Source of the DNA: Octopus vulgaris
Taxonomy: Eukaryota
Direction of reading: 5' to 3'
Assembly: GCA_951406725.2 (NCBI GenBank)
Contig: OX597822.1
Location: forward strand, 104,780,001 to 104,844,000
DNA: 64,000 nt
Positions 55,366-64,000 of this stretch are shown here, piece after piece. Position 1 is the first letter of the stretch. Every line of letters begins with the position of its first letter. Position numbers and translations under genes: made by a program. The notes under the pieces were generated by a model that did no database searches, was not told where the DNA came from, and saw only the letters and a program-made list of their open reading frames with translations.

Positions 55366-55610
55366 TTTACTGTTTTCGTAAAAGTTTTAATGATAATTAT
55401 TATAATAATCCTTTCTATTATAGACAAAGGAGCTGAAATTTGAGATAAATGTTTAGTCGATTACATCGACCCCCGAAAAGATGAGAGGGAAAGTCGATAT
55501 TCGCGGAATTTGCCCTCAGAATGCAAAGGCATACGAAATGTCGCTAAGAATTTTGTCCGACGTACGAACTATTCTACTATTTCGTTGCCTTACTACTGCT
55601 GCTACTGCTG

Positions 55611-55714
<104 letters not shown>

Positions 55715-55732
55715 CATCATCATCATCATCAT

Positions 55733-56052
55733 CAGATACCAGGAAACCCCAAAATTGCAGAAATTCAAAAGATAGTGCTCATGGGAACTGCTCATATCCT
55801 ACGCAAAATACTCTCTATGTAATCCCAAGGTTTAAAACAAACTTTTGTTTTTATTATTTTTATTTATTTATTTATTTATTTTTTAAATTTATTTTTATGT
55901 ATTAGACATTCACTAGTACAACACCAAAAAAAAAGAAGGAAAAAAACCCCCCAAATATATGGCACAGAACTTCTAACCTGTTGTCTCTTGAGGTCTCTGG
56001 GTCAGACTTGGAGCCAACTTGTACAGACATAAAGCAAAAGTCAAACATAGAA
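55733..56052 (+). mobile_element. R4/Dong-like LINE 3' end, same family as 30790
   Basis: QIPGNPKIAEIQKIVLMGTAHILRKILSM plus the shared 3' UTR ending CAAACATAG(AAT)n. Confidence 0.88.
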
Positions 56053-56435
56053 TAATAATAATAATAATTTCAATTGCTTCAATATTGGCATTGGGTATTA
56101 CAATTGGAGATGCAGTCTTTCTGTATACTATCGACTCAGGTGCTTGACTGGTACTTTATTATATTGAAATACTGCGGGATGAAACGCGAAGCTGACCCCC
56201 TGCTGGGATTTCAACTGAGAGTATAAAATGCCAGAACATATACCGCAAGGCATTTTTTTTTCCTCTGGGTCCCTGATGATACTACCATTCTACAAGGCCA
56301 ACATCGTTACTATCAACACAAGTATTTGACTGTTACTATTGTTTTATAGGACGCGGTAATTTAAATACCAATCACCCACTGAAATACCTAGATGTAGTTA
56401 TATATATATATATTAGTGCTTTAATATAATGTCCT

Positions 56436-56804
56436 GGAGGCGCAATGGCCCAGTGGTTAGGGCAGCGGACTCGCGGTTTCGATTCCCAGACCGGGCGTTG
56501 TGAGTGTTTATTGAGCGAAAACACCTAAAAGTTCCACGAAGCTCCGGCAGGGGGTGGTGGTGATTCCTGCTGTACTCTTTCACCACAACTTTCTCTCACT
56601 CTTACTTCCTGTTTCTGTTGTACCTGTATTTCAAGGGGCCGGCCTTGTCACTCTCTGTGTCACGCTGAATATCCCCGAGAACTACGTTAAGGGTACACGT
56701 GTCTGTGGAGTGCTCAGCCACTTACACGTTAATTTCACGAGCAGGCTGTTCCGTTGATTCGGATCAACCGGAACCCTCGTCGTCGTAACCGACGGAGTGC
56801 TTCC
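56436..56804 (+). mobile_element. SINE group C (tail variant 1)
   Basis: Matches 40317; TSD-like TTTAATATAA.GTCCT on both sides. Confidence 0.9.
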
Positions 56805-56844
56805 TTTCCTTTTAATATAAAGTCCTAATATATGCAATGAATAC

Positions 56845-56896
<52 letters not shown>

Positions 56897-56899
<3 letters not shown>

Positions 56900-57132
56900 T
56901 TGAAATGAGGGCGAGAAATTTGATATTAATTTAATTAATATCAATTTCACACCAGTGGTCTAGTATATAAAAAAAGTGAAGTTTCAGTAAAACTGTATTA
57001 TATACATATGAGAAGCAAAACCACTATTTGGATGCCCTTATGCTAGAAGGGATCTAGTTCTAGCATAAGGTCAACCACATAGTGGTTTCCCTCTCATATG
57101 TATATAATACAATTTTACTGAACCTTCAGTTA
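56897..57132 (-). mobile_element. Fold-back element in (TA)n
   Basis: Arms ~56977-57048 and 57058-57128, plus a left tail starting near GAGGG. Confidence 0.8.
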
Positions 57133-57148
57133 TATATATATATATATA

Positions 57149-57205
<57 letters not shown>

Positions 57206-57876
57206 TAATAAAAAGAATTCCAACCTTGTCTGATTTTCACGTTTTATTTACAATCTTATAATGATATATTATAAGATAATATATTATAATTGAATAAAAT
57301 AAAATGAAATAGTAGAATGTTAAATATTCATTCTGATTGAACTAGTACTTTCATGCATTGAATTCTGCAATCTTCGGGTTCATGTAGTAGTGTTGACAGT
57401 CATGCTTCACAATTTTTGACTGTAGCAAGATGAGTGATTCTGTGCTATAAATACAGCTGGGTAGGCTCCAGAGTGCTAGGTTTTGCAAACTGTATTCTGA
57501 CCAATCAGTGTGTAGTATCACTCAATTACTTAAGCTGATTGGTTGGTTGAGCTGATTGGTTTAGGCATCACGCTTTGTTGGACAGGTCAAGAGTCCTGTA
57601 TCTTGACCCTGGCCGAAGCAGCAATTGTTGGGTTATTTTTAGAAATGTTGTAAATATCCTTTGTCAGAGATTTTTATATTTTTATATTTCAATGGTCATC
57701 ATCATCATTGTCAGCACCTTAATTATTGTTGCTAGTGGTGATGGTGGTGGCAATAGAACTTTTAACCCTAAATAAGATAATTTTCCTGCTATCTTCGTCT
57801 TGATCACCTTTAGTATTGTTGTTGTTGTTAGTGATCATGGTCGTAGCAGTGGAAGTAATACCTCTAAGTATTATTA

Positions 57877-58343
57877 TCATTGCTTATTTAGCTTGGGTTC
57901 GAATTTATCAATAAAATTCTTTTCTCTGATTTTCCTCTCGATTTCACTTGGGCTGTGTAATTTGTAGAATGGAAATATTATATATATTTTCCGACCACAT
58001 GTTGCTAGGTGGTTACTCAAAGGTATCTGACGGACCTCTGGGTCTCTAATCTGTTGCCGGTGTACACGTGAGCGTTCTAATAGTGCGTTTCCCGTCTGAC
58101 CTACATATATTTCTTCACAATTTGGGCATTTGATGCAGTAAATTAAATTTCTGCTTTTGCAGTTCATATTCGCGTTTGTGAATATTTTCCCGGTTTTTGT
58201 GTTTATATATTGACCGGTATGTATGAATTGGCATGTGCCACATCGGCTATCATTGCATTTAGATACCGTGAATGTTTGGTCTTTGTTGCTGAGGTCAAAT
58301 TTTGCCTTTGTTAGTAATGTTTTCAAGTTTTTAGGCTGTCTTT
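57877..58343 (-). CDS. GIY-YIG endonuclease domain of a Penelope-like element (N-terminally truncated)
   Basis: KCNDSRCGTC...CKSRNLIYCIKCPNCEEIYVGQTG...ERSRVH...HL...REKNFIDKFEPKLN; open frame up to the inversion point. Confidence 0.88.
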
Positions 58344-58490
58344 GTAATTGAGTGATACTACACACTGATTGGTCAGAATACAGTTTGCAAAACCTAGCAC
58401 TCTGGAGCCTACCCAGCTGTATTTATAGCACAGAATCACTCATCTTGCTACAGTCAAAAATTGTGAAGCATGACTGTCAACACTACTACA

Positions 58491-58535
58491 TGAACCCGAA
58501 GATTGCAGAATTCAATGCATGAAAGTACTAGTTCA
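58491..58535 (+). ncRNA. Minimal type I hammerhead with CCGAAGA core (mirror copy 57338-57382 on -)
   Basis: TGAAC CCGAAGA T TGCA gaattcaa TGCA T GAAA GTA CTA GTTCA; palindromic stem III AGTACT. Confidence 0.75.
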
Positions 58536-58714
58536 ATCAGAATGAATATTTAACATTCTACTATTTCATTTTATTTTATTCAATTATAATATATTATCTT
58601 ATAATATATCATTATAAGATTGTAAATAAAACGTGAAAATCAGACAAGGTTGGAATTCTTTTTATTAATATATTCTTCTATACACAATCACACACACCCA
58701 TATATATATATATC

Positions 58715-58746
<32 letters not shown>

Positions 58747-58797
58747 TATATGCATATATATATATATATACATATATGTATATGCATATACATACAT

Positions 58798-58848
<51 letters not shown>

Positions 58849-60029
58849 TATATATATACCCGTATGTCGCTTCTTTTATATCTCTGTTTATACATATGTG
58901 TGTGTTTGTGTGTGTGTGTGTGTGTGTGCATATATATGTACGAATGCTTGTACACATATATGTTGCAATAGAAATATAACTTTATGAGCCAAAAACAGAA
59001 ATAATTTTGACATTTCTTTTCCATTCTAAAACCTTCATAACAAATCCTGGCCTGCATAAGAAGCGCTGAGAGATTTTCCTATGGCCCATCACATTAAATA
59101 CTAACATAAACATCGCTGTCTGTTAGAGTAGAAGACTTTTCTTAACGGAATATTCGAGATAGCGTGAGAGTCTTGAGATTGCAGGCGTTGACTTGCAGAA
59201 ATGATATATTTGTCATATCCTGTTATAGTAGTGAAATCTGAGGAGCTATAACTGTTAATGCTGACATTAAGCTTCAGTTATAATGCCATATTTCATGGCA
59301 CATCACAGTACACTTCATTCGACTTTGTTCTATTTATTGCAATTTAGTTTCTGCACAGAAATGATATTTCGAGTTATTGAATTGCCCGTTAACTCCTAAG
59401 GCTAAACGTTTCTCTATGAATCAGTTAAACTCAAATGCATTCTTTTACATCCCTACATTCTTAGACTCTTCAACTTAAATATAATTTGCTGTTGAATTTT
59501 GTTCTGAACATCAAAGACATTTTTTAAATGTGGCAATTTAAAAAAAATGCATTCAGCCGTGAAGACAATCATATTCTTATTTACATGAGTGGATCCATAT
59601 CTAATCCTATTGAAATTAAAATAATAATTCCTGCAGCCGGATTCAAATTAAATAATAATATCTCCATTCTGTTTATACAGTCGCACCTGTATTCAGAAAC
59701 AAACAAACAAACAAATAAACAATATATTACAGTAATTCTATTGAAGTGACACACTAACACTTCTACAAATGTTACCGCAAGTTCCTGAGCAATATCTTTA
59801 AAATGTAATATCTTTACAAGATAAATGAATAAAAAATACTGTTACAAGCCAACGAAGCGTAATTAAAATAGTCCTACGACTTTCCAGATATAACACATTG
59901 AGAATACAGTAGTATTGACACACAGACAAAAAATACTTAAGCAACAGCTCTTACGTCTAACGTTACACAGTAGAATCGTTCCTAAAATCGTTTTTAGAAT
60001 GACTGAAATAATGCATAACATGTTTGAAG

Positions 60030-60238
60030 ATCACATATCGCGGTTCACCTATCGCGGTTTATTATTTAGGCTTACGTCGATTCCTCTGTGGTATTGTCTT
60101 GCATTTATAATAAAATAAATATATACAAATTATAAAAATAATAAAATAAATATACAGTATAGTATTGTTTCTACTTCGCGGATTTTCACCTATCACGGGG
60201 GCTTTGGAACGTAACACTCGCGATAGTCGAGGGATTAC
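60030..60238. mobile_element. Tigger/pogo-like MITE fragment
   Basis: End ...CGCGATAGTCGAGGGATTACT (reverse complement AGTAATCCCTCGACTATCGCG); repeated ATCGCGG motifs. Confidence 0.5.
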
Positions 60239-60967
60239 TCAAGTATCAATATACGATCAAAACTTAAATGAGTAGCACTCATACCTCTATCCTATGTCAC
60301 ACTTTCAAATCGCTTGCAAAATGACTGAAATAAAACCCTATACAAGTCAATGAAATGACCTCTACATGGTCTCTAGAACTGCTAGAGAAAGCAGCGAAAT
60401 CTAATTCAGATCACTCAAACATTTTCGATCCGCTACAGAACGAAAGCTCACCATGCTGTTATTGACCTCTCTATGTTAGTTATATGTCAGTCTAAAATAA
60501 CCAATTGCATGATGAACGGTTTAACCTTCTGCTGGATCGGTTTAAGAGCCTATTTGCATTTACTGGCCGATTGTGGGTGGGACGTATTATCCTCTTATTG
60601 GGACGATATATTTTATTCGTCTATGCATCTATGCTGGCAAATGACTAGCTGGACCCAATATTCTCATGTAAACCTACTTGTCTTTGCTGACCAATAGCAG
60701 GCTGGACATGGTATCCCCGTACTGAATGAGGCTGAAAGCTCAGACTCAGCTGTTGTCTCAACGATGTCCTCATTTCCGGACTAGACTATAGAGTTGCCGA
60801 CCTACGCTGGTCAATTACAGTGCAGACGGGAGTATCCCATATAGAGTCAGATGATTAATGCTTACCGTTAGTACTTTAAACACAGAATTCAAACTCAGCT
60901 GTAATTGCTACTACAGGACACATCCCGTCTGACATTTTGAAACCTCATCGATCTGGCTGTACAGTAC

Positions 60968-61197
60968 CTATTTCTTTATTACCCACAAGGGGCTAAACAT
61001 AGATGGGACAAACAAGAACAGACATAGGTATTAAGTCGATTACATCGACCCCAGTGTGTAACTGGTACTTAATTTATCGACCCTGAATGGATGAAAGGCA
61101 AAGTTGATCTCGGCAGAATTTGAACTCCGAATGTAACGGCAGACGAAATACGGCTACGCATATCGCCTGGTGTGCAAACGTTTCTGCCAGCTTGCCG
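60968..61197 (-). mobile_element. SINE group A monomer with TSD
   Basis: GCTGTACAGTAC on both sides. Confidence 0.88.
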
Positions 61198-61339
61198 CTG
61201 TACAGTACAGTACCATTGCTTTATTTATCGACTCCAAAAGAATGAAAAGCATATTTAACGTCGGCAGGATTTGAACCGAGAACGCAGAATCGGAATGTAT
61301 GCTGCAATGCATTGTATTCGAAGTCCTAACTACTTTGTC

Positions 61340-63170
61340 TCTAACAGTAATTTAGCGAGACGCAAGATTTTTCACACATCTCACAATGATATGGTTTTAC
61401 TCTTGTGTGTCTACGTTTGTTGATAACAAGGTTTGAATTATTAAAGAATAAGTAATTACATAATTCATAGTGAAACATTTTGCATTCAGTGTGTGAATCG
61501 TGTTTTATTAAATCACTATCATTGATAAAAGATTCTCAGAATATTTCGAAAGTGAAGGATTTTTCTCTACAGTGTATTATGTTGTGAACTATAAGATTAT
61601 CTACAACTACTAGGACACCGAGAAAACAAACTGGATTATGTGGAAATAGGGAAAATTCCATATGCTCTTTCACTTATAGAGAAAATAATTATCTCTTAAG
61701 ATAGAAAAAAAAATGTAGTAGACTCTGAAGCAGTGTTCTCTCCTTAAGAAAAATATTCACCCTCTCTGTAATCTCTCAGTGATCTCCCTTTTCTCTCCCT
61801 CTCTTTCCTCTTAGCACGTGAGCAACCATAAGTAGCAACAGTAATAGGTTCCAGTCAAATGCCCATATAGGATCAGAATTCTGAGAGAAATATGTCACAA
61901 TGATATGGTCTTTTTTCCTGTGGGAATATATTTGTAAGCCGCAAGATGTGAATTAAGAAATAATTTTCCGCTATTTCACATTGAAAGGTTTTTTCTCCAG
62001 TGCGTAGTCTATTGGGCGTTGATAAAATACTATAATAGTCAAAATATTTCCCACAAACATCACAACGACAAGGTTTATTTCCAGTATATAGATTTTGTGA
62101 ACTACAAGATAAAAATTACATCGTGTAACAAACTCGTTATTTGTTTTTGTCTCTGGTCAGTCGGTGTTTTTTTCCTATTTGCTTCAATCTAGAAATCAAA
62201 AGAAATAACTAGTATTTTCTCCAAACTCCGCTTTTGTGACCTAGACATCAATGATTTGAAACTAACCTATTTTCTGTTACATTTCAGACAGATTCAGTGC
62301 TGAGCTGCTGAAGCAGAATTATCGTTGTAGTGAATATTCTGGTCAATACACCATAACTATTTGTAAGTCGCTTGACCGTAACCACTTGAGCCTGATCCTT
62401 AGTGGCTGATGGTATATGCGTCTCTGATCATGAGCAGGAATAGTGGGGTAGCATCATAACCATGTGCTGAGAAGGATTCTTTAGGGTGTAAATAAATATC
62501 GTAACAAACACGAGACAGTTGCTACCCAATGAGGAAAATCATGTTACACAATGTTATTAACGAAAGTTTTTTTTATATATATCATAATAATAGTTTTTTT
62601 TAGCAGTGTGTATTCTTTTGTGAACTACAATTTGATAATTATTAATGAATGATTTTCCACAGGCCCAGTCTGATCTGGCAGTGTTGCTACAGCTGGATGT
62701 CCTTCTTAACGCCATGGAGTGGTTGGCGTTAGGAAGGGCATCCAGCTGTAGAAACACTGCCAGATCAGACCGGGCCTGGTGCAGCCTCCTGATTTCCCAG
62801 ACCCCAATCGAACCGTCCAACCTATGCTAGCATGGAAAGTGGACGTTAAACGATGATGATGATGATTGTTTCACAATGATATGTCTTATCTCTAATGTGA
62901 CAACATTTGTGAACAACAAGATTAGAATTGTTAAAAAAAATTTCTACAAATTTTACAATCATAGCATTTCTCTCCAGTGTCTATTAATCTTGTGAATGTT
63001 TCAGTGACCATTGGTAATAAACGATTTACCACATATTTAACGATGACAGCGTGACTCTCCAGAATGTATTTTTTTCGGATTACAAGATTTGAATTCTGAA
63101 GGATTACTCATATATTTCACATTCATATGGCTAACTCCAGTGCGTGTTCGTTTGTACTTTGCTAAATTAC
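61340..63170 (-). pseudogene. Decayed tandem C2H2 zinc-finger array
   Basis: YTGNKPCRCDVCGKYF...RTGEKTFQCEI; CGKSFINNYQIVVHKRIHT; IHSGESRCHR*ICGKSF; many stops, frameshifts and insertions. Confidence 0.8.
62661..62866 (+). mobile_element. SINE/LINE-type 3' end with (GAT)n tail and a 5' inverted copy
   Basis: 62661-62714 is the reverse complement of 62725-62778; tail GGACGTTAAACGATGATGATG. Confidence 0.75.
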
Positions 63171-63182
63171 TGTTATTGGTAA

Positions 63183-63412
63183 GGGGCGAACTGGCAGAAA
63201 CGTTAGCACGCCGGGCGAAATGCTTAGCAGTATTTCCTCTGCCGCTACGTTCTGAGTTCAAATTCCGCCGAGGTCAACTTTGCCTTTCATCCTTTCGGGG
63301 TCGATAAATTAAGTACCAGTTACACACTGGGGTCGATGTAATCAACTTAATCCGTTTGTCTGTCCTTGTTTGTCCCCTCTGTTTGTAGTCCCTTGTGAGC
63401 AGTAAAGGAATA
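63183..63412 (+). mobile_element. SINE group A monomer
   Basis: Full head through tail GTAAAGGAATA. Confidence 0.88.
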
Positions 63413-64000
63413 AGGATTTTTAGCACGCCGGGTGAAATGCGTAGCGTCACTTGGTCTGTCTTTAGGTTCTGAGTTCGAATCCCAACGAGGCTGACTTTGC
63501 CTTTCGCAGGTCGATAAAAGAAGTATCAATTGTCATCTTACACCCTCCCTCAAAATCGATGACCTTTGTGCTAAAATTTCAATTTATATTACTGGTTATT
63601 GACATAACATTTTCCTCCTATTTCATTACAGTAGCGTTTTTCTCTACTATGTTTTCCTTTGAGCAAGGAAACTTCATATTCTGAAGAGAACATTTTCCTA
63701 CCTATCTTGCAAGAATACTCGAAGGCATTTCCACGTAATGATGTTTGTTTACCAAATGTTTCACTTCACAAAGGATTCTCAGTATCAATTCTCAAGAGAA
63801 AGTTGAAAAAATGTCTGTTAAAATATACCTTTAATGGTACAGTTTCTTGTCATAGATTTTATAAGTCTCTGTTAACATGAGTTGAAAAGATGGAATGTAT
63901 GCTACAACGCAAAGTATACTGCAATGCATTGCAGTATATTACTTTGACTATTCGCCACCTTCTTTAAATGTTCCAATGTACCGTTTCCTTTGTTAACAGA

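Larger units (their letters stand above)
57201..58672 (-). mobile_element. 5'-truncated Penelope-like element with inverted pLTR
   Basis: 329-bp apparently identical inverted arms 57201-57529 and 58344-58672 enclosing a GIY-YIG ORF; TA-rich flanks. Confidence 0.93.

Noticed and set aside
62282-62368. Exon-like segment (TTTCAG...GTAAGT)
   Set aside because: Adjacent to, and probably part of, a repeat insertion in the ZNF relic; no supporting gene context.

Overview
AT-rich, microsatellite-saturated eukaryotic DNA with no intact host gene. The SINE, microsatellite and C2H2 content points to a coleoid cephalopod, probably Octopus (inference). Nearly all supplied ORFs are translated microsatellites. 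The real content is: three tRNA-derived SINE groups (one forming 184-bp head-to-tail multimers); RLE-type LINE 3' ends sitting in (TAA)n; CR1-like LINE, mariner, Tigger-like and Helitron remnants; and a decayed C2H2 zinc-finger array at 61-63 kb. The most striking signal is a set of about 10 asymmetric fold-back elements (inverted arms plus a one-sided tail), nearly all embedded in (TA)n. Two of them carry Penelope-type GIY-YIG endonuclease remnants. About a dozen minimal type I hammerhead ribozyme motifs lie in or beside these elements, several with recurrent non-canonical cores (CCGANGA, CTGTNGA, or an extra base before stem II). All structures and coordinates were read by eye; nothing was computed or searched.
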